A DNA stretch of 64,000 bases from positions 160,001 to 224,000 of the forward strand of contig CAWHBU010000004.1 in the NCBI GenBank assembly GCA_963827685.1, written 5' to 3'. Under the pieces are notes generated by a model, which saw only the letters and a list, made by a program, of their open reading frames with translations, ran no database searches and was not told the DNA's origin. This DNA is from an uncultured delta proteobacterium (GTDB lineage: Bacteria; Desulfobacterota; BSN033; UBA1163). Made by a program: the position numbers and the translations under genes. Of the stretch, positions 51,473-61,254 are shown piece after piece (positions within the stretch are counted from its first letter, which is position 1; the number at the start of each line of letters is the position of its first letter).

Positions 51473-52306
51473 ATGCCTAAGATCTCCGTTATCATTCCCA
51501 CCTATAATCGCCTCCCTATGCTGAAAGAGGCGGTGGATTCAGTCCTGGCTCAAGATTTTGAAGATATGGAACTTATCGTTATCGATGACGGTTCCACCGA
51601 CGGAACGGCAGAGGAGATGAAGTCCTGCGGGGGGAGGGTTAAGATCTTCCAACATACTGAGAACAGAGGTGTGAGCGCTGCCAGAAACAGAGGGATTCTT
51701 CATGCCCGAGGCAAATATATCGCCTTTTTGGATTCGGATGATCTTTGGGTGAAGGGGAAAGCGAAGATTCAAGTGGCTTTCCTGGATGACAACCCTCATT
51801 ATCCCCTTTGCTACACTGATGAGATCTGGATTCGCAAAGGGAAGAGGGTCAACCCAATGCTCAAGCATGCTAAATATTCTGGTTGGATATTTGAAAAATG
51901 TCTTCCTCTCTGTATCATCAGCCCCTCCTCGGTGATGATGAAAAGAACACTTTTTTCAAAGGTCGGTCTCTTTGATGAAGCCCTTCCGGTATGTGAGGAT
52001 TATGACTTTTGGCTCAGGGTCTCTGCCCGCTTTCCCATCTTTTTTATCGATCGTAAACTGATTATCAAGCGGGGAGGCCATCCGGACCAACTCTCGCAGA
52101 GATCCTGGGGAAATGATCGCTACCGGGTGATGGCTCTGGAAAAACTGCTATCGGAACCCTATATTGGCTCAGAAGAAAAGAAGATGATTCTTAAAGAAAT
52201 GAAGAAGAAATGCTCTGTCCTTTATAAGGGTTTTCTGAAAAGAGGGAACGGGATTGAGGGAAGACAATATCAGGAGATCATGAAGCGATATGGGGTAGAG
52301 ATATGA
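51473..52306 (+). CDS. glycosyltransferase family 2
   Basis: VIIPTYNR, DDGSTD, ARN.G, FLDSDD, CEDYD. Confidence 0.93.
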   Translation: MPKISVIIPTYNRLPMLKEAVDSVLAQDFEDMELIVIDDGSTDGTAEEMKSCGGRVKIFQHTENRGVSAARNRGILHARGKYIAFLDSDDLWVKGKAKIQVAFLDDNPHYPLCYTDEIWIRKGKRVNPMLKHAKYSGWIFEKCLPLCIISPSSVMMKRTLFSKVGLFDEALPVCEDYDFWLRVSARFPIFFIDRKLIIKRGGHPDQLSQRSWGNDRYRVMALEKLLSEPYIGSEEKKMILKEMKKKCSVLYKGFLKRGNGIEGRQYQEIMKRYGVEI

Positions 52307-52496
52307 AATACCCAAACTCCAAATATCAATTACCAAATAATAACCAAATTCTTAATGACCAAAATTCAAAATAGAATTAGCCGATTTACGTTTGGGTATT
52401 TGGGCATTGGTAATTGGAAATTATTTGGGATTTGGTGATTGGGATTTGGAATTTCAAGAACGGGGTTGAAAAACCATTCGTTATGGGACGATTGAA

Positions 52497-53462
52497 ATGA
52501 AAACAATCCAAAAGATACCTCTTCAACAAATTGACTTATCGGATGATACTTTTTTCGTAAACTATTTGCCCGATCTTCAAAGACTTCGGTCTTCGATTGA
52601 AGAAATAGGATTAATTCAGCCTGTGCTTTTGAAGAAGAAGTTGAGTGGATACCAGATTGTCTGCGGATTCAGAAGAATTTCTGTGATGAAAGAATTAGGA
52701 AAGTCCGAAATTGAATCGCAAGTCTTTGAAGAGAAAGAGATGGATGAATTCCAATTGTTTTCTCTTTCACTCTATGAGAATTTAGCGACCCGGGGATTCA
52801 ATGCGGTTGAAAAAGCCATGGCCCTGGATAAGTTGATTCATTGCTTTCAAATGGATCCGGACGTGGTCATCAAAACCTTCCTTCCCAGCTTCTCCCTGGA
52901 GCCCAACGAAAAGATTCTAAACACCTACCTCGCTCTTGCTCAAATGGAGGATGAAATCAAAACGTATGTGCTCAAAGAGGAGGTTTCCCGTTCGAACATA
53001 CGAAGACTCTCAGCTCTGACCTCTGGCGATCGGATGGCCGTCCTTTCCCTTATCGCTCCGCTCAAATTGGGCGAGAACCGGTTGAGAGAGCTGCTCACCC
53101 TTTTGGAAGAAATCTCCAAGAGAAATCGATCGACAGTCAAAGAGATTGCCGGGCACCCTGAAATTCAGGCTATCCTTTCTCAAAAAGAACTTACCCCATC
53201 TCAGAAAGCGGAGCGCGCAAAGAAGGTTCTCACGGACCTCCGTTACCCAAAGTTGAAACAAATGGAGAAAGAGTTTGGAAAGAAAAGGAAAGACTTAAAT
53301 TTACCTTCCAATATTTCGCTTCACCATCCCCCCTTTTTTGAAGGAAAGGGATTGAAGATCGAATTTCAATTTGAAACGATAGAAGAGTATCGTTCGGTCG
53401 TTTCATCGTTATCTCAGCTCGCGGATACGGAAGAATTTAAGGAATTAATTCAAAGTTTGTGA
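52497..53462 (+). CDS. ParB/Srx N-terminal domain protein
   Basis: SIEEIGLIQP...YQIVCGFRR. Confidence 0.85.
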   Translation: MKTIQKIPLQQIDLSDDTFFVNYLPDLQRLRSSIEEIGLIQPVLLKKKLSGYQIVCGFRRISVMKELGKSEIESQVFEEKEMDEFQLFSLSLYENLATRGFNAVEKAMALDKLIHCFQMDPDVVIKTFLPSFSLEPNEKILNTYLALAQMEDEIKTYVLKEEVSRSNIRRLSALTSGDRMAVLSLIAPLKLGENRLRELLTLLEEISKRNRSTVKEIAGHPEIQAILSQKELTPSQKAERAKKVLTDLRYPKLKQMEKEFGKKRKDLNLPSNISLHHPPFFEGKGLKIEFQFETIEEYRSVVSSLSQLADTEEFKELIQSL

Positions 53463-53464
53463 TA

Positions 53465-53685
53465 GGCACCAAATCCCAAGCCCTGTACCTAATATGGTGC
53501 AGGGCAAGCACCAAATACCAGATAAGCTCCAATGATCCAAATTCAAGATTCCAAACCCCCTCACCCTTCCCCTCTCCCCCAAGGGGAGCGGGAGGGCCTG
53601 CCTGCCGGTAGGCAGGGGTGAGGGGCGGTCATTGGAAATTGGCATTTGGAATTTATTGGGATTTGTAATTTGGAATCTGGGATTT
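53465..53685. repeat. nested palindromic intergenic elements
   Basis: CCAAAT heptamer hairpin containing a CCCTCACCC..CCCTCTCCC element that itself contains CCTGCCTGCCGGTAGGCAGG. Confidence 0.75.
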
Positions 53686-53689
53686 AAAA

Positions 53690-54799
53690 TTGCTGCCCTT
53701 TCCGATTGAACGAATCTATCTCGATGAAAAGGCTGAAAAGGATCCGGTTTCGGAAACCATTCTTAAAGCCCTACCCCGTATTCCCGTGGAAACAGTCCAG
53801 GACAAGCGTTCTCTCATCAAACATTTTTCTTCTATGCACGATCCCATTGGGATCGGGAAAAGACATTTCTTAATTACCCATTCTTACGGAAGGCGTTTAA
53901 AACCTTGTCCGGGGACTTCCAACCATATCTGCTGCGGGTACTATGTGATCAACGCCATCACCAATTGTCCGATGGATTGCTCCTACTGCGTCCTTCAAGG
54001 ATACCTGAATAATCCATTTCTCACCTTCTATACCAACTGGGATGACCTTCTTCAAGAGATAGACGCCTTTCTCTCCAATGGTCGTCAATTCCTCTTTCGG
54101 CTGGGAACCGGGGAGCTCTCTGACAGCTTAGCTCTGGAATCTATCTTTCCATTCTCGCAGTTCCTCATTCCATTTTTTGCGGAGAGGCATAATGGCATTC
54201 TGGAACTGAAGACGAAGTCAGCGAATGTCAATCCTCTTCTTCAGTTAAACCATCGAGGAAAAACTGTTATCTCCTGGTCGCTCAATCCTCCCAAAATGAT
54301 CGAAAGGGAGGAGATGAGGACTGCTCCATTGGAGGAGAGGATCAGTGCAGCAAGGAGATGTGAGGAAAAGGATTATCCATTGGGATTCCATTTTGATCCT
54401 ATCATTTACCATGAAGGCTGGGAGAAAGAATATAAGGAGACCGTCCATCAACTTTTCAAACAGATTGATCCCAAAAGGGTCGTCTGGGTCAGTCTCGGAG
54501 GGTTTCGTTATCCACCCAAACTCAAAGCCATTGCCGAGGAACGTTTTCCAAGAACCGAAGTCTTTTTGGGAGAATTATTTCCAGGAAGAGATGGCAAGTT
54601 CCGCTATTTGAAAGAAATTCGTGTGGAGATGTATCGAAAAATAGCAGGATGGTTGAGAGAGGTGGACCCGGATCTTTTTATCTATCTTTGTATGGAAAGC
54701 AAGGAGGTCTGGGAAAAGGTTTTTGGCTGGACACCTTCGAGCAGTCGCCATTTGAATCAAATGTTTGAAGAAAGAGTGAGAGAATTTATAAAGCCTTGA
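53690..54799 (+). CDS. spore photoproduct lyase family radical SAM protein
   Basis: NCPMDCSYC.L, TGELSDSL, ELKTKS, YLCME. Confidence 0.88.
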   Translation: MLPFPIERIYLDEKAEKDPVSETILKALPRIPVETVQDKRSLIKHFSSMHDPIGIGKRHFLITHSYGRRLKPCPGTSNHICCGYYVINAITNCPMDCSYCVLQGYLNNPFLTFYTNWDDLLQEIDAFLSNGRQFLFRLGTGELSDSLALESIFPFSQFLIPFFAERHNGILELKTKSANVNPLLQLNHRGKTVISWSLNPPKMIEREEMRTAPLEERISAARRCEEKDYPLGFHFDPIIYHEGWEKEYKETVHQLFKQIDPKRVVWVSLGGFRYPPKLKAIAEERFPRTEVFLGELFPGRDGKFRYLKEIRVEMYRKIAGWLREVDPDLFIYLCMESKEVWEKVFGWTPSSSRHLNQMFEERVREFIKP

Positions 54800-54803
54800 A
54801 AGT

Positions 54804-54869
54804 TGTCATTGCAGAGAGCAGAGGCAACGAAACAATCTCGTAAGATTACTTCGCTTCGTTCGTATGACA
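54804..54869. repeat. degenerate REP/RPE-like palindrome
   Basis: TGTCATTGC...CGAAACAATCTC...AGATTACTTCG...ATGACA. Confidence 0.6.
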
Positions 54870-55094
54870 ATCTGTGGAATGTTAGCTTGTTTAGGATGTT
54901 CACTCTTAATAAGGAGGCGTGGGAATGAGATTAAAGGGGAGAATAGCTCTGATCACCGGTTCTACCCGATTTTTGTCCTCTCAGGAGTGCAGTTACATCA
55001 ATGGGACGGCCATCGTTGCGGATGGAGGGTTGACGGGTTATCACCCAGTTGGATTCCCTGACTTGATTGCCGAGATGATGAAGAAAAAAGGGAG

Positions 55095-55123
55095 TTGACA
55101 ACCGATTGGTTTAAGAATATAAA
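55095..55123 (+). promoter_or_regulatory. promoter with an internal palindromic operator for the second Liv operon
   Basis: TTGACA-17-TATAAA; AACCGATTGGTT imperfect palindrome in the spacer. Confidence 0.6.
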
Positions 55124-55222
55124 GCAGTTAGTCGGCAAAAGGGATTTAGATCATAGAAAGGAGGGATCAAGGAAAAAAGTCTCAAAGATATTTAACTAAA
55201 AATAACGTTGGAGGTGAGATAA

Positions 55223-56452
55223 ATGAGAAGACGAATTGCAACAACGGGTATGACATTATCTATATTTATCTTAACTTTATTACTTGTTCTACAGCCCGCC
55301 AGTGTGAAAGCCCAGCGTACGATCAAGGTTGGGATACTTGATACGTACAGTGGACCACCCGCCGTTTACGGCAATGATGCCCTCAACGGCTTCAAACTCG
55401 CATTAAATGACATTAACAAGAAAGGTGTTCTGGGTAAAAAAATCGAGTTTACCACCCGTGACGACAAGTTTAAGGTGGATATCGGCCTTAGCATGGCCAA
55501 AGAGCTGGTGATGATGGAGAAGGTGGATCTCCTTGTCGGGACGATCAACAGTGCTGTTTCTTTGGCTGTATCGGATTATGTGAAAGGGGAGAAGATACCT
55601 TTCATTGTTTGGATTTCGAAGAGCGAAAGAATCACCGGGGCGAAAGGACATCGCTATGTTTTCTCCACAGCTGAAAATACCTATATGGCCGGAAAAGCTG
55701 GGGGACTCGCCCTCAGCAAAAAACCTTATATCAAATACTGGATTGCTGGGGATGATTATGAGTATGGGCATGCCATCGCTGATGCTGCTTGGCGAAATCT
55801 GAAGGCACTGAAACCCAAAGTAGAGCTGATCGGACAATCGTGGTGGAAGGTAGGGGAGCCTGACCTGATCCCCTACATTACTGCGATAACGTCTGCTAAA
55901 CCTGATGCTGTTATTTTTGCAACGGGCGGGGCAAGTATGACCAATGCACTAAAGGCGATCAAGTCGACTGGCATGTCTGAAAAAATCCCAATTTGGATTC
56001 ATACTGCAACAGACCATGCTGTTCTTAAACCGTTGGGCAAAGAAGCCCCTGAAGGCGTAATGGGCACGATGGACTACCATTTCTATTATCCTGATACAAA
56101 GGCCAACAAAGCTTTCGTCAAGGCTTTCCAGGATGTCTATGGAGGCCCGCCGGGGTTTCCAGCCTTCCATGGTTACATTACAGCCTATTTAATCGCTAAA
56201 GCATTTGCCAAAGCAGGCGCCGTAGATAAAGAGAAATTTATCAATGCCATAGAAGGGATGAAAGTAGATAGCCCGGTAGGCGAGGTAGAGATGCGAGCCT
56301 GTGACCATCAGGCAGTCCTTCCCATGTTTCTGGGTGTCACTAAGAAAGTCCCCCAATATGACTTTCTCATCTCTACGGATATCATAACGTTGTCCGGTAA
56401 AGATATCATGCCAACTTGTGAGGAGATCAAGAAGGTTCGAGGAGGATCATAA
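55223..56452 (+). CDS. Liv-type substrate-binding protein, paralog 1
   Basis: Signal peptide, GVLGKKIEF..RDD, DYEYGH. Confidence 0.92.
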   Translation: MRRRIATTGMTLSIFILTLLLVLQPASVKAQRTIKVGILDTYSGPPAVYGNDALNGFKLALNDINKKGVLGKKIEFTTRDDKFKVDIGLSMAKELVMMEKVDLLVGTINSAVSLAVSDYVKGEKIPFIVWISKSERITGAKGHRYVFSTAENTYMAGKAGGLALSKKPYIKYWIAGDDYEYGHAIADAAWRNLKALKPKVELIGQSWWKVGEPDLIPYITAITSAKPDAVIFATGGASMTNALKAIKSTGMSEKIPIWIHTATDHAVLKPLGKEAPEGVMGTMDYHFYYPDTKANKAFVKAFQDVYGGPPGFPAFHGYITAYLIAKAFAKAGAVDKEKFINAIEGMKVDSPVGEVEMRACDHQAVLPMFLGVTKKVPQYDFLISTDIITLSGKDIMPTCEEIKKVRGGS

Positions 56453-56530
56453 TTTTCAAAATGGAGCAGGGGGCTGTGACTCTTTCCCCTGTTGCCAAAG
56501 CCACACTCATGGAGGAAGGAGGTAGGACAA

Positions 56531-57760
56531 ATGGAACGAATCGCTCATATGAGAAGTTTCGTATTGTTCACGGTCATTTTAGCCTTAATGTTTTTAGTCC
56601 GTCCCATTGATGTCAAAGCCCAGGGCCCTATTAAAATAGGGATTATCGATTCTTATTCCGGACCACCCTCAACCTTTACGTATGATGTCCGTGATGCCTT
56701 TAAGTTGGCTATCGATGAAGTGAATGCGAAGGGGGGTGTTGTTGGAAGGAAAATAGAGTTTACTACAAGAGACGACAAGTTCAAGGTCGATCTCGCTCTA
56801 AGCATGGCTAAAGAACTGGTCATGATGGAGAAGGTAGACCTCCTGATGGGTACGATTAATAGCGCGGCTAGTTTAGCGGTATCTGAATTTTGTAAAACCG
56901 AGAAGATACCCTTCCTCGTCACATTTTCAAAGAGTGAGAAGATCACCGGAGAGAAGGGCCATCGATATGTCTTCGAAGTGTCCGAAAATACAGTGATGAT
57001 CGGTAAGGCTGCAGCCGCCGGCTTAGCTAAGAAACCCTATATCAAATACTGGATCGCTGGTGATGATTATGAGTATGGGCATGCCTGTGCTGATGCTACC
57101 TGGAACACTCTCAAGAAACTAAAGCCAAAGGTAACGCTGATGGGGCAGTCATGGTGGAAGGTAGGAGAGCCGGAGTTGACGCCTTACCTGACTGCCATTT
57201 CGGCAAAGAAGCCCGACGCTGTCATTTTTTCTCCGGGTGGCGCGACGATTACGAATCTCATGAAGGTCTCCAAGACGACTGGATTTGCAGAGAAGTTTCC
57301 AATATGCTTGCACACTGCCACAGAGCATAGTAACCTTGCGCCTCTGGGTCTGGATGCCCCTGAGGGGGTGATTGGCACTTCAAACTATCATTTCTACTAT
57401 CCGGATACTCCGAAGAACAAGGCATTCGTTAAGGCTTTTAAAGATGCTTATGGAAGGGAGCCCAAGGTGGGCGCTCTCTACGGTTATCTCGCTGGGCAGT
57501 TCATTACCAAGGCGCTGGCGAAAGCAGGCAAGATGGATCGGGAGAAGTTTATTGATGCTTTAGAGGGGATGAAGGTAGATAGCCCCATTGGCGAGATAGA
57601 GATGCGAGCCTTCGATCATCAGGCCATGTTGCCAATGTTCATGGGCGTGACCAAGAAGGTGCCGCAATATCCTTTCCTTATTGCGAGTGATATTGTGACG
57701 ATCCCTGCTAAGGATTTGATGCCGAGCATCGAGGAGATCAAGAAGGCTCGGGGGCAGTAG
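56531..57760 (+). CDS. Liv-type substrate-binding protein, paralog 2
   Basis: Closely similar to paralog 1 throughout; AGGAGG RBS. Confidence 0.92.
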   Translation: MERIAHMRSFVLFTVILALMFLVRPIDVKAQGPIKIGIIDSYSGPPSTFTYDVRDAFKLAIDEVNAKGGVVGRKIEFTTRDDKFKVDLALSMAKELVMMEKVDLLMGTINSAASLAVSEFCKTEKIPFLVTFSKSEKITGEKGHRYVFEVSENTVMIGKAAAAGLAKKPYIKYWIAGDDYEYGHACADATWNTLKKLKPKVTLMGQSWWKVGEPELTPYLTAISAKKPDAVIFSPGGATITNLMKVSKTTGFAEKFPICLHTATEHSNLAPLGLDAPEGVIGTSNYHFYYPDTPKNKAFVKAFKDAYGREPKVGALYGYLAGQFITKALAKAGKMDREKFIDALEGMKVDSPIGEIEMRAFDHQAMLPMFMGVTKKVPQYPFLIASDIVTIPAKDLMPSIEEIKKARGQ

Positions 57761-57888
57761 GTCCCACAGCTTTTCACGAGAAATATTAGCCATGGGTCCC
57801 CCATCCCTCCATGGAGAGGGGACCCTGTTTCTTTATGAACAATCTCCTTCGATTTAGAAAGGTGAACCAGAGAGAACCAAGATGACGT

Positions 57889-58764
57889 TTGGCCCAGCAG
57901 AGGCTCTTCTGTCAATTGTTGGTAGGAATTAGCAGATCGATGCTCTTATTCATCGTTTGCGCCGGTTTAAGTTTCGTCCTGGGTGTGCTTCGGATCCCCA
58001 ATATCGCCCATGGGACGCTCTACATGATCGGAGCCTTCGCCACCTTCAGCATCACAAAAATGTTTGCTGGATCTGCTGGTTTTTGGATTGCTTTAATTTT
58101 GGCCCCCTTGTTAGTAGCACTGGTCAGCCTTGTTGCGGAGAGGGCCCTGTTTTGCCATCTCTATCAGAGAGAGCACCTGATGCTGCTCTTATTTACCTTT
58201 GCCATATCACTCATCCTTGGAGATTTAGTCAAGATCGTCTGGGGTGCGGAATATAAGTCCGTTTCGGCGCCTACTTTACTGAAGGGTTCGATTTCCCTGT
58301 TGGGCGCATCCTTCCCGCGCTATAATTTATTTCTCATCCTCGTGGGCCCTCTGGTGGCTATTGCTATTTGGCTCTTTACGAACAAAACGAAGATAGGAAA
58401 GATCTCCCGCGCGGCGGCAGTGGATCGAGAGATGGTGGGATTACTGGGAATCAATGTCAGTTGGGTCTTTGCCATCGCTTTCGTTATTGGGTGTTACCTT
58501 GCCGGAGTAGGAGGAGCATTGGTTGCCCCTACGGTAAGTATTACCTTAGGGATGGATCACACTCTTATTATCGAAGCCTTTCTTATTGTGATTATCGGAG
58601 GATTGGGTAACATGTGGGGCGCCCTGGTGGGGTCCCTTATCTTTGGTATCACTCATTCTTTTGGTGTATTGTTCTGGCCCCAGTTTGCTATCGTTTTTCC
58701 CTATATTGCGGTCGTGATTGTTTTGCTTTTGCGACCCAAGGGTCTGCTTAAATCGGTCTGGTAA
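57889..58764 (+). CDS. Liv-type permease (LivH-like); start uncertain
   Basis: NIAHG.LYM.GA; RPKGL; an out-of-frame ATG at 57882 suggests a possible indel. Confidence 0.88.
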   Translation: MAQQRLFCQLLVGISRSMLLFIVCAGLSFVLGVLRIPNIAHGTLYMIGAFATFSITKMFAGSAGFWIALILAPLLVALVSLVAERALFCHLYQREHLMLLLFTFAISLILGDLVKIVWGAEYKSVSAPTLLKGSISLLGASFPRYNLFLILVGPLVAIAIWLFTNKTKIGKISRAAAVDREMVGLLGINVSWVFAIAFVIGCYLAGVGGALVAPTVSITLGMDHTLIIEAFLIVIIGGLGNMWGALVGSLIFGITHSFGVLFWPQFAIVFPYIAVVIVLLLRPKGLLKSVW

Positions 58765-58781
58765 GCGAGGAGAGAGAGGGT

Positions 58782-59741
58782 TTGTTTAAAAACATTGTTC
58801 ACTTAAAAAGGTTTTGGCTTGTCGCCGCTATTTTTGTCGTTCTTTTCATTTTGCCGCAGTTCGCGCCTAGGTTTTACGTTTACATCCTTGCCCTGATTTA
58901 TGTAACCGCCTTATTGGCCATGAGTCTCAATATGGTGGTGGGATATGGGGGCATGTTCCAGTTTCATCATGCTGTGTTTTATGGGGTGGGAGCATACGCG
59001 GTCGCCTTGATGCTCACGAAAACCTCCATGCCCATGTGGATTGGTTTTATTGTAGGTCCCGCTGTGGCAGCGGTCACCGGGTTGATCATCGGCTGGTTTT
59101 GTGTGAGACTGACCAGGCTTTACTTTGGCATGCTTCAGATTTCTTTGGGTTCGTTGATTTGGGCAATTGTTTTTCGTTGGTATAGCTTTACTGGGGGAGA
59201 CGATGGCATCCATGGCATCCCTATGCCCTCGCTTATTTCCTCTTTGAACAGTTCTTATTACTTTATCCTGATCATCCTCGTGGTCTGTCTTTTTTTGATG
59301 TACATGATTCTAAAATCCCCATTTGGGAGCACCCTCCAAGCGATTCGGGATAATCCGCAGCGATGTGAAGCCGTGGGCATCAATGTCAGCCACTATCAAC
59401 TCGGTGGAATTGTTATTGCTACGTTCTTTGCTGGAGTCGCTGGAGTTCTTTTTGTGGTGTTGGAGCGTTCTGTTTTTGCTGATCTATTGTTTTGGACTTT
59501 ATCCCTTGAGATATTCATCATGTGCCTTTTGGGGGGATGGTTTACCTTTGCCGGGCCCATCTTGGGAGCAGCCATTACCGTCGCTCTGCGGACTTTTGTT
59601 GGAAAATATACTGAGTACTGGACATTGATTCTGGGGGTTCTACTCATCCTGGTGATTTTCTTTTTACCAGAGGGAGTCACAGGCTATTTCCAAAAATTAT
59701 TGAAGCCCCGGGTTAAAGAAGTGAAGGAGGGGAATCCATAG
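58782..59741 (+). CDS. Liv-type permease (LivM-like)
   Basis: SLNMVVGYGG; SPFG..LQAIRDN; LPEG. Confidence 0.92.
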   Translation: MFKNIVHLKRFWLVAAIFVVLFILPQFAPRFYVYILALIYVTALLAMSLNMVVGYGGMFQFHHAVFYGVGAYAVALMLTKTSMPMWIGFIVGPAVAAVTGLIIGWFCVRLTRLYFGMLQISLGSLIWAIVFRWYSFTGGDDGIHGIPMPSLISSLNSSYYFILIILVVCLFLMYMILKSPFGSTLQAIRDNPQRCEAVGINVSHYQLGGIVIATFFAGVAGVLFVVLERSVFADLLFWTLSLEIFIMCLLGGWFTFAGPILGAAITVALRTFVGKYTEYWTLILGVLLILVIFFLPEGVTGYFQKLLKPRVKEVKEGNP

Positions 59742-60476
59742 ATGCTTCAGGTGGAAGGCGTCATTAAATCATTTGATGAGTTCATGGCGGTCAATGGAGC
59801 TAACCTCACTGTTAAGAAGGGAGAGATTGTGGCCGTCATCGGTCCCAACGGCGCTGGCAAAACCACTTTATTTCACTTAATCACTGGTGCGCTGAAACGG
59901 GATAGAGGAAGAATTGTTTTTAAAGGTGAAGAGATCGGTGAATTACCCCCTTACGACATCTGCAAGAAAGGAATTAGCCGGTCGTACCAGATTGTGAACA
60001 TCTTTCCCAGGCTGACTGTCTTCGAGAATGTCCAGGTCGCTGTCCTTTCCTATCAGAGAAGGAGTTCCAATCTTTTCCGACCTGCCCAGAGCGTCGCTGT
60101 CAAGGAGACAAGAAGTATTTTGGAAAGTATGGGCCTGTCCGGTAAAGAAAAAAGTATTACGGGGTCACTCTCCCATGGTGACCAGAAAATACTGGAAATC
60201 GCTATTGCCTTAGGGAATGAGCCCGAATTGCTGATTCTGGATGAACCAACCGCTGGTATGTCTCCTGAGGAAACGCAGGCGACGATAGAACTGATAAAAA
60301 AGCTGGCACAGATGCGGGGATTAACCATTTTATTCTGCGAGCATGACATGGATATCGTGTTCTCCATTGCACAAAGTATCATGGTGATGCGTCACGGGCA
60401 AACGATCATTCAGGGTGGTTTGGAAGAAGTGAGAAGCAACAAAGAGGTGCAGGAAGCATACCTCGGAGGTGAGTGA
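59742..60476 (+). CDS. Liv-type ATP-binding protein (LivG-like)
   Basis: GPNGAGKTT, LSHGD, DEPTAG, EAYLG. Confidence 0.93.
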   Translation: MLQVEGVIKSFDEFMAVNGANLTVKKGEIVAVIGPNGAGKTTLFHLITGALKRDRGRIVFKGEEIGELPPYDICKKGISRSYQIVNIFPRLTVFENVQVAVLSYQRRSSNLFRPAQSVAVKETRSILESMGLSGKEKSITGSLSHGDQKILEIAIALGNEPELLILDEPTAGMSPEETQATIELIKKLAQMRGLTILFCEHDMDIVFSIAQSIMVMRHGQTIIQGGLEEVRSNKEVQEAYLGGE

Positions 60477-61174
60477 TGCTTGAGGTGGGCGGAATCCACA
60501 CCTTCTATGGTTTGAGCCATATTCTATTCGGCGTCTCTTTTAAAGTTGACCCAGGAGAGGTGGTCTGTCTTTTGGGACGAAACGGAGCAGGAAAAACGAC
60601 CACCATGAAAAGCATCATTGGCATCATCCCACCGAAGCAAGGGAGCATCCGGTTTAAAGGAGAGGAGATTATCGGCATTGAGCCCTATTTGCTCACACGA
60701 AAGGGTATCGGATATATCCCTGATGACAGAAGGATCTTTGCCGACCTCACGGTGGGAGAAAACTTAGAGATAGCTGAGAGAAAAGCGAAGGAAGGCGAGG
60801 GATGGAGCAGGGAAAAAATTTACGGGATGTTCCCTGCCCTGAAAAATATCGAGTCCCGCAGAGGAGGTTGCCTGAGCGGAGGGGAGCAAAAGATGTTAGC
60901 CATTGCTCGGGCATTAATGGGGAATCCAGAGTTCCTACTCCTTGACGAACCCTTCGAAGGACTGGCACCCTTACTGGTCCATGCTCTCGAAGAGCAGATC
61001 AGCAAGCTAAGGGAGGCTGGGTTGACCGTCTTAATTGCTGAACAGAATGTGAGATCAACCCTGAGAATAAGCGACCGGGGTTATATCATTGATAATGGAC
61101 AAATCCGTTATCATGGAAGTATAGAGGAACTGAGAGATAGTGAGGAAGTGAGGAAAAAATATTTACTGGTGTAG
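60473..61174 (+). CDS. Liv-type ATP-binding protein (LivF-like)
   Basis: GRNGAGKTT, LSGGEQKML, DEP.EGLAP. Confidence 0.93.
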   Translation: MMLEVGGIHTFYGLSHILFGVSFKVDPGEVVCLLGRNGAGKTTTMKSIIGIIPPKQGSIRFKGEEIIGIEPYLLTRKGIGYIPDDRRIFADLTVGENLEIAERKAKEGEGWSREKIYGMFPALKNIESRRGGCLSGGEQKMLAIARALMGNPEFLLLDEPFEGLAPLLVHALEEQISKLREAGLTVLIAEQNVRSTLRISDRGYIIDNGQIRYHGSIEELRDSEEVRKKYLLV

Positions 61175-61254
61175 CCCTGGGTGGAATTAAAGTTCCGGCT
61201 CCAAAGTCCCCTGCCTGTGGCAGGCAGGAAACTCCGGCTATTTGTTTCACTATT

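Noticed and set aside
52300-52455. CRISPR-like repeats
   Set aside because: Degenerate 7-mer ladders forming a hairpin, with no spacer structure.
57862-57890. Selenocysteine read-through of TGA upstream of the livH-like gene
   Set aside because: No redox motif or evident SECIS; a permease N-terminus is better explained by an alternative start or an indel.
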